In this document: one piece after another, positions 36,980 through 46,928 of the stretch
Numbering within the stretch: position 1 is the first letter of the stretch
How the letters are laid out: each line of letters opens with the position of its first letter
IMG/VR virus record: IMGVR_UViG_3300028045_000024
Location: 1 to 50,563 of that record
Origin: a virus
Taxonomy: Duplodnaviria > Caudoviricetes
DNA length: 50,563 nt
Strand: one strand, 5' to 3'
The notes under the pieces: generated by a model
What the model was told of the DNA's origin: nothing
Databases searched by the model: none
What the model saw: only the letters and a program-made list of their open reading frames with translations
Program-made: the position numbers and the translations under genes

Positions 36980-37474
36980 TTATCCGCAGCAGTTCAAGTA
37001 AGCATAGCCAAGCCCTGCGCCGCCCACTGCAATCGTGCAGTGACCTACGGTCGCCTCAACGACCCCTGGAGAGGCAGATACTTCGCCATTTCCGGCGGAA
37101 GTGACAAGACCCTTTGTTACAGCGCATGCGCCGTTATAGTCTGCCTGGCCGTGCCCCTTGCGGAGAAGAAAGCCATAATACCCAGCCGCAATAGCGTGCT
37201 GTGCAACACCAATGACCTTTGCAGGATGATTGGTTGTTGCCTGGATTGTAGCGTTCGCCTCTGCGCCATCGCGGGCACACACGGTGCCTGGAGAGAGCGC
37301 AATACCCGAGGTGTTCTTGACGTAGATCCAGACGCGACCTCCAGAATCCTGGGCGGTGTCTGTCGCCGCAAGTCCCGCTTGAGCACTTGCTGGCTCGACA
37401 TGAACGAAACCAAGAGGAGCCTGCTGATCTTCAGATACGGTTACTACCGCAATACCCATTGCTGTCATTGCCAT
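36980..37474 (-). CDS. Capsid decoration/cement protein
   Basis: Directly after the major capsid gene; GGAGG RBS; contains GRVWIYVK and IGVAQHAIAAGYYGF. Confidence 0.75.
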   Translation of the reverse strand: MAMTAMGIAVVTVSEDQQAPLGFVHVEPASAQAGLAATDTAQDSGGRVWIYVKNTSGIALSPGTVCARDGAEANATIQATTNHPAKVIGVAQHAIAAGYYGFLLRKGHGQADYNGACAVTKGLVTSAGNGEVSASPGVVEATVGHCTIAVGGAGLGYAYLNCCG

Positions 37475-37485
37475 GATGAACCTCC

Positions 37486-38646
37486 CTACGCGATTGCGGA
37501 GCCGGTAACGGCGCCGTTAGCTCGAAGCTGGTTAGTGTGGATACCCATGTTCAAGACAATTTCGTAACGGAAAAGGTCTTGCTCGGGGATACGGAAAGGA
37601 CCACGAACAGAGAAGTCGCCCTTGGTTTCGCGACTTGCGTCGTGCCCGAGGGTGTATGCGTGCCAGCATGCGGTGTTGATGAAGTAGATAACCCCATCGT
37701 TAGCAGCATTTGCCGGAGCATTGGGAGTTCCGTCTCCAGCCTGATTCCAGGCTGCGTTTGTGATGTCGATGCTATCTTCAAGGTAGAAGTCTGCATCGAG
37801 GAACTTAACGCCTTGTCGGATTTGCTTGGGAGCGCGGTCACCGGCTTTTGTCGAGTCGGAGATGATGCGAACCTGCGAATCCAGGCTATCAAGATAGTTG
37901 AGGTAAGACGCTTCATCGCCCAACAGCAGGTCAACGGGACCCATTGTCTTCATCTGACGCGCTGCCGCAAAGTACACTTGACGCATGGTGCTTCGTCCAT
38001 TGGATGCAGCAAAACCAGCGGCGGGAATATCTCCCCACTGGTTGTACCATCCGTCCGTTCCGCCGGAAGTCAGCCCGTAGCGTCGATCGCTCGTGCCTAG
38101 CGGGGCGCCGCCAGTTTGCTGTGCCACGCGGCTGCCGAACTTAATAGCACCAGAGCGAGCCGCTCCGTTGGGGCTGTAAGTTGTAGCGCCGTTCAGGGTC
38201 GCAAACCCAGCAACACCAGGACCCGTTCCCTGGGCGAACTGCTCGGAGATTCGCTCATGGAAGTCAGCAAGGGCCAACTCTGGGTAGTGTTGAATGATTC
38301 GAGCAAGGTCCATCTCGCCATTTGCTTCAGCCAGGTCCTTTCCTGGTACGTCAAATGCGTAGATGAGTCGAGGTGCGTAAGTATCACCACGAGCTGCTGC
38401 CTGGTTACGTCCACCGGCAATGACTTCAGACCCTGTGACAACTTGAGTCACAGAACCGGGACCACCGGTAACTACAGCAAATTCACGGAAAGGGCCTTTC
38501 AGGACGCTGCGGTCCATATTTCCCTTGTTGATGATCCGATCCAAGACCGGATGCCATTTCGCGAATAGTTCAGAATATGATGGCATCAGTTCTTGAAGAG
38601 CTGTGGCCAACACGTCTGGACTGATTCCAGTTCCTACAGTAGGCAT
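37486..38646 (-). CDS. Major capsid protein (HK97-fold, inferred)
   Basis: 386 aa; follows the acidic scaffold gene and precedes the decoration gene and terminator; C-terminal pattern IYFIN...EIVLNMGI.TN..R.NG. Confidence 0.85.
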   Translation of the reverse strand: MPTVGTGISPDVLATALQELMPSYSELFAKWHPVLDRIINKGNMDRSVLKGPFREFAVVTGGPGSVTQVVTGSEVIAGGRNQAAARGDTYAPRLIYAFDVPGKDLAEANGEMDLARIIQHYPELALADFHERISEQFAQGTGPGVAGFATLNGATTYSPNGAARSGAIKFGSRVAQQTGGAPLGTSDRRYGLTSGGTDGWYNQWGDIPAAGFAASNGRSTMRQVYFAAARQMKTMGPVDLLLGDEASYLNYLDSLDSQVRIISDSTKAGDRAPKQIRQGVKFLDADFYLEDSIDITNAAWNQAGDGTPNAPANAANDGVIYFINTACWHAYTLGHDASRETKGDFSVRGPFRIPEQDLFRYEIVLNMGIHTNQLRANGAVTGSAIA

Positions 38647-38649
38647 TTT

Positions 38650-39498
38650 CTATCTCCTAGCGTTTTTGAGTGCTCTGCGAGCCACAATCATGCGTTTATC
38701 GTCTAAAGACGAGGTTTCGTTGATGTCCATCATCTGTTGATCAGGTGATGAACGAGTGGTGGCTCCAGAGGTTATCTTCGCCGCAGGACGAGGATCCGAT
38801 TTCGGCCGAGGCCTAGATGCGTTTTCTGCCAACCGTAGTGCGTATGAATCGGGCACACCGTCCCGCTTTGCCTCAAGGGCGACTTTCATCGTCTCCCTAT
38901 CAAGGCTAAGAAGTTTCACGCCAACCTCCGGGTCCCACTGATTCTCTATCAAAATAGCTAGAGCCTCACGCTTTTCAGGGTCCTCAAAGATTTCGCTGTG
39001 TTTTTGTTTAAAGTTCTGAGCGTAGCTGGCTGCATCCCTATCTAAAGACGCATCAACCTCCGCCCTATATTGCTCGTATTCCCTCTGCACGCCTTCCCTT
39101 GCGGAAATCTCGGACTCATATTTTGACTGAAAGTCGGCCACGCGAGGATCTTCCTCACCGACCATTAGCGCGTCATTCAGACGACGGAGCTGGTCCATGT
39201 CGCCTTCCAGTGCGCCAAACTTACTGCCAAACAATTCCTCCATGCGGCCGTGGACCCCATGATACCTTTCGGGCAGGTCGTCAACACCACCCTCCCAAGC
39301 ACTAAAGTCAAACTCGGGAAGCTCCGGCTCTTCCTGAACGGGCGCTGGCGCCTCGTCAGGTGCCGCTTCTACCGCACCCTCATGAGAGGGAGCCGCCTCA
39401 GAATCGGAGGCAACAGAAGAATCAATGGCTGGAGAAGAAGATTCAGCAACCGGCTCGGCTGCGGCCCCCTCTAATGCCTGGGTCTCTTCTACGCTCAT
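38650..39498 (-). CDS. Capsid scaffolding protein
   Basis: Acidic disordered N-terminus, coiled-coil middle and basic C-terminal helix; immediately upstream of the capsid gene. Confidence 0.82.
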   Translation of the reverse strand: MSVEETQALEGAAAEPVAESSSPAIDSSVASDSEAAPSHEGAVEAAPDEAPAPVQEEPELPEFDFSAWEGGVDDLPERYHGVHGRMEELFGSKFGALEGDMDQLRRLNDALMVGEEDPRVADFQSKYESEISAREGVQREYEQYRAEVDASLDRDAASYAQNFKQKHSEIFEDPEKREALAILIENQWDPEVGVKLLSLDRETMKVALEAKRDGVPDSYALRLAENASRPRPKSDPRPAAKITSGATTRSSPDQQMMDINETSSLDDKRMIVARRALKNARR

Positions 39499-39812
39499 TT
39501 GCGCTTACCTGACTGGTTCAGCGCCTTGCGTGCAGATGATAAACGGATGACGGAGAGCTTTGGTGGGGATGCGTGCATGCCCAGCTCTTTTTCGATCGAA
39601 TCAAAGTCTTCGGAGGGACCCTCCTTTTTTCGAAGCTCCCACCCGTGCTTGTCAAGAGTTTCCATGAACTCCTCAGAACTACCGGCCTCATTAACCAGGT
39701 ACTCAACCATTTCTTCTTGAGTATAGTCCTTCTTCTCGCCTTCTTCGGGAGCCTCTTCAGAAACCTCTTCTTCAGACTCTACCTCTTCTTCCATTTCGGA
39801 TTCATACGGCAT
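39495..39812 (-). CDS. Small acidic protein with a scaffold-like C-terminal helix
   Basis: GGAGG RBS; Glu-rich; ends in KLSVIRLSSARKALNQSGKRK. Confidence 0.8.
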   Translation of the reverse strand: MPYESEMEEEVESEEEVSEEAPEEGEKKDYTQEEMVEYLVNEAGSSEEFMETLDKHGWELRKKEGPSEDFDSIEKELGMHASPPKLSVIRLSSARKALNQSGKRK

Positions 39813-39853
39813 TTGGGCCTCCAATGGTCAAGTACAGCATTTTGTCAACAAAG

Positions 39854-40240
39854 TCAATCATTTCGAGCCTGTTGCCTTTTTTTCAGAAACTTCCCGCGCG
39901 CCTCATGGTCGCTAAAGCCTTGTTTTTTTGCCTTTTTGTCGCAGTGGTTTCTCACAGAATCGTAATGACTTCTCCATTCCTTACTGTCCTTCTGTACAAA
40001 CTTTGCATCAGGATTTTCTTTCTTGTAATTCCGGAGCTGCTCGTTTGTTTCAAACTTCTTTCCTATCTGCCCAAACTCTATTGGCTTGCTAAATAGGGCG
40101 CCAATGGCCAGGACCGGGGAGACCAGTCGTACCGCAGGACCAGAACAGTCTGGACATACAATACTATCGGCATCACGAAGAAGAACATACACCTCATTCT
40201 TTCCACATCCAGAGGTGCATCGAACATCGTAAAGGGGCAT
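39854..40240 (-). CDS. FmdB-family zinc-ribbon protein
   Basis: Contains MPLYDVRC..C, CPDC and RLVS. Confidence 0.85.
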   Translation of the reverse strand: MPLYDVRCTSGCGKNEVYVLLRDADSIVCPDCSGPAVRLVSPVLAIGALFSKPIEFGQIGKKFETNEQLRNYKKENPDAKFVQKDSKEWRSHYDSVRNHCDKKAKKQGFSDHEARGKFLKKRQQARND

Positions 40241-42052
40241 CTATAACTCCAGTTTTCCGCGCAAGGCGTTTGGAAGAGTGTTTCCGGCGCCGCCATTCTC
40301 CATCGGCATCGGCGGAGGCTCAAGCCCTGGCGGCATCCCTCCCGTGGCCACTGACTCCACCCCAGGCTGCGCAGCCGCGGCGGCGCCTCCTGGTTGCGCT
40401 CCCTGCTGCATCTGTGCCGCCATTGCCTGTTGCATCTGCTGCTGTTTGGCCGCCATTTCCTCCTGGGAGACAGCCAGGTCTTTCATATTCAACAGATCGA
40501 GAAGTTTTGCGATTAGTCGATTCTTGTCTACGTTTTCCGCTTGCATTAGTATGGGCAGGAATGACTGAAGGCTTCTAAGTTGTGCGAGCTTGTTATTCTC
40601 CGCCGGAGAGTAGGCGATAGCTTCATAGTCGTAATCAAAGCCGCCTGCTTCAATGGCGCCCATGCTTTCTCTGGATATAACCACTGGCTCCTGGGTGTCA
40701 GAGACCCGGGCGACCATCTGGCTTGTGGGGTCAAGGAACTCCTCGAAGAGGGCGATCGAGTTAAGGGCCAGGGACGCGATTACGTCATTGACTGCCTTGA
40801 TTCTGCGACCGTTTCTGGTTCTGGTTGCGGAGTCAGCAAGCGCAACCTCCGTCGCGACATCTGTAACGCCCACAACACCGCGGGAGTATTGGGGCACCCC
40901 GAGAACAAACTCAATGACCTGCTGGCAGCGGGCGCGCATTTTGTCGAAGGACGGTGTTAGTCCTGGCTGTGGTGTGGCCCCGAATAGGTCCTTTAGTGGA
41001 ACGTCTGCTTTTCCGTGAACGTCCACAACGGAACCCGGTTCGGAGGCATCTCGGATCGCCGTCTTAACCTGCTCAGGATTATCAACAAGAGCGCTTTGAA
41101 TAAGCGTAACAGGAATGGAAGACTGAGCATGCCATAACTCCAGGGTATCAAGTTCGTTTAGTCGCTGCTGAAGGCTTGAAATCAGAGCGATGTCCGATAG
41201 ACCGGCAAGGTCTTTCATGTTCTCGTTGAACTGGAGCATCGTGAATGGGTTGTCTGCGTATGTGTAGGGGAGGTCTCCCTCAAAGAGGGGCTTGTCTACT
41301 CCATCAATAATGTGGTAGTACTTTTTGTTTTCAAAGTCGTAGAACTCGTACACTGTGGCCCAGTTGTAGACGTCGTTCGACGCATTGTTGACCATACTCC
41401 TGTTTCCACTCACGTCCTTCAGCCAGCTCGGGTAGCCCCCAAAGTTCACCTCATCCATAACCTTGTGAGGGTAAAATCCCCCCTTTCGCCCAGGCTTCTT
41501 TATGCGCTTCTTAAACTCGTCCTTGGTGATGACGGAGACCTCGACGAGGTATCTAATATCTTCCCAGCGCGTGGCTGACATATCGAAGAAGACGTAACGC
41601 GGGTCTACGACCATGAACTCAACAGTCTCTCTCTTGAAGTTCCAGACGGTCTTCATGAATCCCCGGCCGCAGATTGCAGTTCCGATGCACAGGCGCCACA
41701 AGTCGGCATGGAGCTTCTGTCGGTAAAACACGTCGTTAATCAGTGCCTCTCTTACCGATGCTGGCTCTGTGTTTTCCTTTCTCCTGGCCGTGACCGTGAT
41801 CTTCGGGTTCGTCGGGCAGATGTTCGCAACCATCGTATCAATGTATGCGTACGGATAGTTGGTCTCAAAGTTGACATCATCATCAGTGACGCCCGTCTCT
41901 GCGGAGAATGCCCCCGTGGGTGATGAGTAGTCCTGGGACCAGTACTCCCCCAGATACCAGCGGCGCCAGGAGTCCCACATCTGGCGCTCCCCTGATGCCT
42001 TTGCCTGATGGGTCTTTATTATCCCCTGGATTTGCTCATTGGTTAAGCCCAT
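40241..42052 (-). CDS. Portal protein
   Basis: 603 aa, between terminase and scaffold; contains G.GFMKTVW, VDP..VFFD and GVP...RG....TATE, and a Gln-rich C-terminal tail. Confidence 0.88.
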   Translation of the reverse strand: MGLTNEQIQGIIKTHQAKASGERQMWDSWRRWYLGEYWSQDYSSPTGAFSAETGVTDDDVNFETNYPYAYIDTMVANICPTNPKITVTARRKENTEPASVREALINDVFYRQKLHADLWRLCIGTAICGRGFMKTVWNFKRETVEFMVVDPRYVFFDMSATRWEDIRYLVEVSVITKDEFKKRIKKPGRKGGFYPHKVMDEVNFGGYPSWLKDVSGNRSMVNNASNDVYNWATVYEFYDFENKKYYHIIDGVDKPLFEGDLPYTYADNPFTMLQFNENMKDLAGLSDIALISSLQQRLNELDTLELWHAQSSIPVTLIQSALVDNPEQVKTAIRDASEPGSVVDVHGKADVPLKDLFGATPQPGLTPSFDKMRARCQQVIEFVLGVPQYSRGVVGVTDVATEVALADSATRTRNGRRIKAVNDVIASLALNSIALFEEFLDPTSQMVARVSDTQEPVVISRESMGAIEAGGFDYDYEAIAYSPAENNKLAQLRSLQSFLPILMQAENVDKNRLIAKLLDLLNMKDLAVSQEEMAAKQQQMQQAMAAQMQQGAQPGGAAAAAQPGVESVATGGMPPGLEPPPMPMENGGAGNTLPNALRGKLEL

Positions 42053-42594
42053 TATTCTCCGCCTTCTTCTCGGTACTCTTCTCCAGGCTTGCCGTACTTC
42101 TTTGCTCGTTTTGCAAACGGAGACTCTTCGTTAGAAAACTTCTCTAAGTCTCTAAGCCCGTCAATTGATTTTTCAGATTCATCCCATGTACGTCTTCTTT
42201 CGGCACGCGAATTTAACCAAGGGCCTATGTCTCTCTCAAAAGACGGGGACAACTTAATAATACCATCCTTCTGAAGGTCTAAAAGTTCTAAAATGACATC
42301 ATCGGGAAGATGCGGCTCCTTGTCGTACAGCTTGGCCCAGACTGATCTGTCGGATTCTCGTGCATGATCGAATTCACGGCGCGCAGCGCTCGCGGCTTTT
42401 CTTGAGCTGTCTAGGGCATCATGGATTGTCTCGCCGCCTCGGGGAGATGCAACCACTTCCGGCACTGCGCCTCGGACATCTCCCGACAAGTCTTCTACAT
42501 CTCCACCGGCAGCCTCGAACTCCTCCACTTGGGGATGCTGTTGGGCCAGTTTTCTAGCAAGTGCTTCTCGTTTTTCTCTCATTAAGTCGGCCAT
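42052..42594 (-). CDS. Hypothetical protein with conserved N-terminal tag (MADLMREKREALARKL)
   Basis: TAATG coupling; member of the shared-leader family. Confidence 0.85.
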   Translation of the reverse strand: MADLMREKREALARKLAQQHPQVEEFEAAGGDVEDLSGDVRGAVPEVVASPRGGETIHDALDSSRKAASAARREFDHARESDRSVWAKLYDKEPHLPDDVILELLDLQKDGIIKLSPSFERDIGPWLNSRAERRRTWDESEKSIDGLRDLEKFSNEESPFAKRAKKYGKPGEEYREEGGE

Positions 42595-43166
42595 TACTGC
42601 TCCCCGTAATACTCTTTAATAAATGCCGCATCTTCAAGGGCGGCCTTCTGCTCCTCGGCCATTCTTTTGAACTCTGCTTCCTGAGCCTGCAACTCTGCCA
42701 TCTCTGGGCGAACATCCCCGTGAGAGCCTCTGTCAATCAATTGGGCAATTTCGGCTTGATCGGCGGGATCCGCCAGCACAGGCGGCTTGGTAAGTCCGGC
42801 GTAATGGCGCCCAGCCCACTCTCGGCGATACTCTGGAATCCTATCCAAATGCGCAAAATATGCCCGTGCAGCAGGAGTCCGGTAGCGCATTATGTTCCAC
42901 TCCTCTGGGGGCAGGTCATAGGGGTTTAAGTAGGTGTCATCTACCTCATGGGGGTCAGTGGCCTGCGCAACCGCGGCCGACTTCTTCATCTCACGATCCT
43001 CCTCACCAGCGATGTCGGGGTCGAAGGTGGAGCGCTGAATGCCCCCCAGATGTGCGCCCGCTCTTGTGCCGGGCTTGCTTACACCACCATACGCTGGCTT
43101 ACCAGGGCTTTCTGCCAAAGCGTCTCTGGCTATCTTCATGCGCTTTTCTCTCATTAAGTCGGCCAT
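42594..43166 (-). CDS. Hypothetical protein with conserved N-terminal tag (MADLMREKRMKIARDAL)
   Basis: AGGAG RBS and TAATG coupling; member of the shared-leader family. Confidence 0.85.
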   Translation of the reverse strand: MADLMREKRMKIARDALAESPGKPAYGGVSKPGTRAGAHLGGIQRSTFDPDIAGEEDREMKKSAAVAQATDPHEVDDTYLNPYDLPPEEWNIMRYRTPAARAYFAHLDRIPEYRREWAGRHYAGLTKPPVLADPADQAEIAQLIDRGSHGDVRPEMAELQAQEAEFKRMAEEQKAALEDAAFIKEYYGEQ

Positions 43167-43354
43167 TACTGTGCTCCTAGTCCTGATTCGTACATTTCAA
43201 TCATTTGGTCATCCACTTCTTCCACGGGGACTCCAAAGTGGTTGGCTGTGGCGTGTTTTAGGTTTGCGGATTTCGCAATGGCGCTTCTTGTTTTTGAGAT
43301 AGCATCCGGTTCGACCTGGACGTTTTCATCAACCTGGATGTTTTCGTCAATCAT
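43166..43354 (-). CDS. Small hypothetical protein (internal ISKTRSAIAKSA resembles the tag)
   Basis: AAGGAGG RBS; ATGA overlap with the terminase stop codon. Confidence 0.75.
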   Translation of the reverse strand: MIDENIQVDENVQVEPDAISKTRSAIAKSANLKHATANHFGVPVEEVDDQMIEMYESGLGAQ

Positions 43355-45054
43355 CGTCGCCTCCTTACAGAGCGGTATCGGCTGCGCCCGCGCTTTTTGT
43401 TCTTATCATCGCTCTCTGACTTTCTATATGCCTGTAGTTGGTTCCAAGTCAAATCCTTAAAGAGCACCACGTTCCCCTCTGTTCCTTTGTCAAGGGTTCC
43501 CTTGGGTCTTTGCGGAAGTCTTCTTGCGCCAACGACGGCTAATTGTAGCGCAGAAATCTTATCCCAGTGGTGTCTTTCTCTTCTCTTGGGTCCCACGCTG
43601 CCCTTTAGCATTTCTGATACGACAGATGTTTCCGTTCTTTTATCGTGGCGATACGAGCATAGTTGCCCGTAGGTGTCTTCGTCATTGATGACGAGTTCGT
43701 CCATCAGGGCGTCTTGTATCCATCCGATCATCTCTTCCAGTTTTTTGGAAGTACTTGTAAGCCCTGCCTTGTAGGGCTTCTCGTAGTAGAGGTTGGCGTA
43801 CTCGGCCTGCTTAGCGAGCGCGATGGTTGCGGCCCCAACGCCATTGGACTCGATGACGACCTTTGCTCGGTTGTACTTCTCTGCGACCTCGAGGAGCCTC
43901 CTGGTGAAGAGTATTGGCTCTGTGTGGTCTGCATAGCAGGCGACCTGTGTCCACTCTCCTTCATAAACTTTAAGTACTTGGAAAGACGCATGGTCTCGTG
44001 CAGCGTGTCCGGCGGGATCGACTCCGATGGCATAGATGGCTCCCTCTTCTGGCGGTTCGTACTCCATGTATGGGGCAGACCACTTCTCCATTTTCCTATC
44101 GCGGTGCTTTTTTAGCAAGCCCTCGTTGAAGATGGCCCGGTGGTTTGAAATCCAGCATGACAGGTCGTCGAAAGGATAGAACACACGAAACAGCGCGGGG
44201 TCTCTTCTAATCTGCGCATCCGTATTCATCATGAAGCGCCTGAACGCAAGGTTCTCCCTCTTCAGTCCAAGCTCTCCGTATTTCTCCATCAGCCGCAACT
44301 CTTCGAGAGATAGCTTGTCTTCTTTTCTCCATGGTCTTTGATTCAGCTTCCCATCCCAGAACGGAAAGAACGCATAAACCCACCGGCCGCTTCCGGCCTT
44401 CGCGTCGTTACATTGGTCGTGCCACCAGTCACCCGCATGCAGGGGTGTGGATTCCAGGATCATCAATGAGTGGTCCCGGTTAATCATCGACGGGTAAATC
44501 AGCGAGAACTGCCCCTCGGGGTCAGACCAGAACGGAAGCTCGGAGCCGTGAAAGGAGTCTGGAGACTGACCAATTCCCACGCTTCCTGACTCGCCCGACA
44601 TGACGCGCATCTTCCCGCCCCTGGCTGGGTCAAACGAGAGCTGGCGAACCTCCCTGGTGGCGCTTGTGGGGGTCCTGAGCTTCTCTGGCCATCGGGCGTG
44701 AGTAAAGTGAACTCTGCGGTGCAGGTACTCTGCGCGGTCCCTTGTATCCGCGATACAGACATGGTCCATTCCTGGTGTGTATGCGGTTTTCGCGTACGCG
44801 CACAGTTCCGCGGTCAGGGACTTCCCTGCCTGCCGGTAGCCCAGGAGAACGAGCCATTTAGTCTGTCCGTCTCGCGTCTTTGGTGGGTTGGAATAATATG
44901 ACAGTATAGTAGACTGCAAACTGTGTGTAATCTTATAGGGGTCAAACGGTACGGAGTTCCCGCTAGCCTGGTCGCGGATTTGTCCATACGCCCGTAGCAT
45001 GGAGCTTGGGGTGGGTGTTGGCGTGGGTGTTTTAGTCGTTGACCGCTTCGGCAT
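43351..45054 (-). CDS. terL: Terminase large subunit
   Basis: Walker A LGYRQAGKS, Walker B HGSE, coupling motif ILEST, nuclease motifs IGVDPA..D and VIESNGVG, and HHWD. Confidence 0.93.
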   Translation of the reverse strand: MPKRSTTKTPTPTPTPSSMLRAYGQIRDQASGNSVPFDPYKITHSLQSTILSYYSNPPKTRDGQTKWLVLLGYRQAGKSLTAELCAYAKTAYTPGMDHVCIADTRDRAEYLHRRVHFTHARWPEKLRTPTSATREVRQLSFDPARGGKMRVMSGESGSVGIGQSPDSFHGSELPFWSDPEGQFSLIYPSMINRDHSLMILESTPLHAGDWWHDQCNDAKAGSGRWVYAFFPFWDGKLNQRPWRKEDKLSLEELRLMEKYGELGLKRENLAFRRFMMNTDAQIRRDPALFRVFYPFDDLSCWISNHRAIFNEGLLKKHRDRKMEKWSAPYMEYEPPEEGAIYAIGVDPAGHAARDHASFQVLKVYEGEWTQVACYADHTEPILFTRRLLEVAEKYNRAKVVIESNGVGAATIALAKQAEYANLYYEKPYKAGLTSTSKKLEEMIGWIQDALMDELVINDEDTYGQLCSYRHDKRTETSVVSEMLKGSVGPKRRERHHWDKISALQLAVVGARRLPQRPKGTLDKGTEGNVVLFKDLTWNQLQAYRKSESDDKNKKRGRSRYRSVRRRR

Positions 45055-45400
45055 AAGTTCCCTCTATTGTGGTGTACGATGCCTCTACTTCATCTTCCTG
45101 CACCTGGGTTAGCGCGTCAATCAGTTCGACGTAAGTGTCCCCGGAGTTCATCGCCGCGGCTTCTCGTGCGGCGAGAGATGCGAGCATAATCTCGGCCCAT
45201 TTGCAGGCGGCGTCTGCGGCAACGGGAGCGATGTGCCCTGCGAGTACATGTGTCATCACCTTTTGGGCAAATGATACAACGTCGTCATAGGACGATATTT
45301 CTGTTTCGGCGAACATGACGGCGAGTTTCTCGCGGTGTTCTACGGGAACTCGTTCCAGCCATTCAATGTATTCGTCAGGATCAAACTTACTGCGTCCCAT
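45032..45400 (-). CDS. Probable terminase small subunit
   Basis: 122-aa helical protein overlapping the terL start; AGGAG RBS. The call is based on position only. Confidence 0.55.
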   Translation of the reverse strand: MGRSKFDPDEYIEWLERVPVEHREKLAVMFAETEISSYDDVVSFAQKVMTHVLAGHIAPVAADAACKWAEIMLASLAAREAAAMNSGDTYVELIDALTQVQEDEVEASYTTIEGTYAEAVND

Positions 45401-45408
45401 CTGTTCTC

Positions 45409-46119
45409 CTAATCAGCTCTGTGTATTTCGCCATTGGAGTTCCACTCCCAGACGCTGCCGTCCCCGGCCTCAAAGTAAATGTTATCCGGCACTCCGTCTT
45501 CGTGCTCTGCCGATGTTTTGAGAAGTTTAAGTCCCACAAACTGTTCTGCGAGCATGTCTTCGACGGCAATTCTAACGGCATCGTCTGTCCTGGGGTCAGG
45601 AAAGTTGGCGTCTTCTATTTGGGCGTCAATCTCATCTCTTTGGTTTTGGTTGTTAACCTTTTGGGCCTCTTCCGCAGTCATGCCCTCCTGCTGGGCCTGC
45701 CACCAGGACGGGATGTCTCGTTCGTCGGTGTCCGTATTTCCCAGCTTGGATGGTGAGAATTGTGGCTTTGCTGCATGGCCGCGGCTTTCATACCACTTTG
45801 TAAGCTCGTCGGAAACGGGGGGTTTGCTTTCGCCCTTGTAGGAGTCGCCCATCTTGATTTTGAATGGGTCTCCGGCGCCTTTTGGCGGAAGATATTCTAT
45901 CTCCCTTTCTCCAGTGCTCTCAAGCGTACCTCCGCCTGGAAGATCTTCGCCCACACGATACCACTGACCGGGGGTAGAGGAAATCTGAATCCGTTGGCTG
46001 CCTGGTGAATCGGGGTCAGCCTCCATCACGTTGACATCAAACTGAGGGCGAGCAAAAGACGGCTTTTGGGAAAGCGATTTTGCAATCTCCATTCGCTTGT
46101 CTTTCAACAAATCTGCCAT
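45409..46119 (-). CDS. Hypothetical protein with conserved N-terminal tag (MADLLKDKRMEIAKSL); possible GspC/PilP-like beta domain
   Basis: Shared leader; contains WYRVGEDLPGGGTLES. Confidence 0.85.
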   Translation of the reverse strand: MADLLKDKRMEIAKSLSQKPSFARPQFDVNVMEADPDSPGSQRIQISSTPGQWYRVGEDLPGGGTLESTGEREIEYLPPKGAGDPFKIKMGDSYKGESKPPVSDELTKWYESRGHAAKPQFSPSKLGNTDTDERDIPSWWQAQQEGMTAEEAQKVNNQNQRDEIDAQIEDANFPDPRTDDAVRIAVEDMLAEQFVGLKLLKTSAEHEDGVPDNIYFEAGDGSVWEWNSNGEIHRAD

Positions 46120-46928
46120 CAGTCACGCTCCTGGGTGTCTTTCATTGGGTCTCTTCTACCCTGCATATAGGCTTTCTCTGCGGCCGCTTCTCTAGCGGCT
46201 TTCATCTCGTCAACGTATAGTGGTACTGGGTTCCCATGTTGGTCACGGGCCATGGCCTCTTTGGGGACATTAGTCCACCCCAGCTCTTGCATGGCCAACG
46301 CTCTGTTTCGGGGAATGTCTTTTAGGCCTAGCTCTTCTAGCTTGGCTTTAAGGAGTTCTTCTCCTGGTGTTTTCTTCCAGCCCATCTGCGTTCTTGGGAG
46401 TCTGTCATCTATAGCTAAACGCTTGAGTTCTCTTAGTGCAGCCCTTCCTCCGCTCTCCGGGTTACCAAAGTCTAAGGCTTCTAAGATCTCCTGTACGCGA
46501 CCAGGACGGTCTTCCTGCGCACCTGGGGCGGTCATGTCTTCCGCTACCTCGTTCTGCAAGTCTTGCATGGCTTGCTTATCTGCTGCACCTAAAATGCGCA
46601 GATTAGAATTGAGGGCTTTTTTGTAATTCTCCCATCCCTTTAGTTTGTTTCTTTTTGTGGAGACCGTTTCGCCCCAGCTATAGTGTTTGTCTGGGGTAAG
46701 CCGCATGGCCCCCTCGGCGCCCCATGGACCAGCCCGCAAATCACTAGCGCTGTCTATTGTTTGATCTCGTACAAGGTCCCTGGGACGCCATCCTGGTACG
46801 TTCTCCCTAAGCCTATCCAAGATGTACTTGTCCGTTTCCCGGTCTGGCTTGTAGCCCTGGCGTTTTTTGCCCTTAGCTATGGCCTTCTCTACAATCTCCA
46901 TCCGCTTGTCTTTCAACAAATCCGCCAT
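46119..46928 (-). CDS. Hypothetical protein with conserved N-terminal tag (MADLLKDKRMEIVEKAI)
   Basis: Shared leader; TGATG coupling. Confidence 0.85.
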   Translation of the reverse strand: MADLLKDKRMEIVEKAIAKGKKRQGYKPDRETDKYILDRLRENVPGWRPRDLVRDQTIDSASDLRAGPWGAEGAMRLTPDKHYSWGETVSTKRNKLKGWENYKKALNSNLRILGAADKQAMQDLQNEVAEDMTAPGAQEDRPGRVQEILEALDFGNPESGGRAALRELKRLAIDDRLPRTQMGWKKTPGEELLKAKLEELGLKDIPRNRALAMQELGWTNVPKEAMARDQHGNPVPLYVDEMKAAREAAAEKAYMQGRRDPMKDTQERD

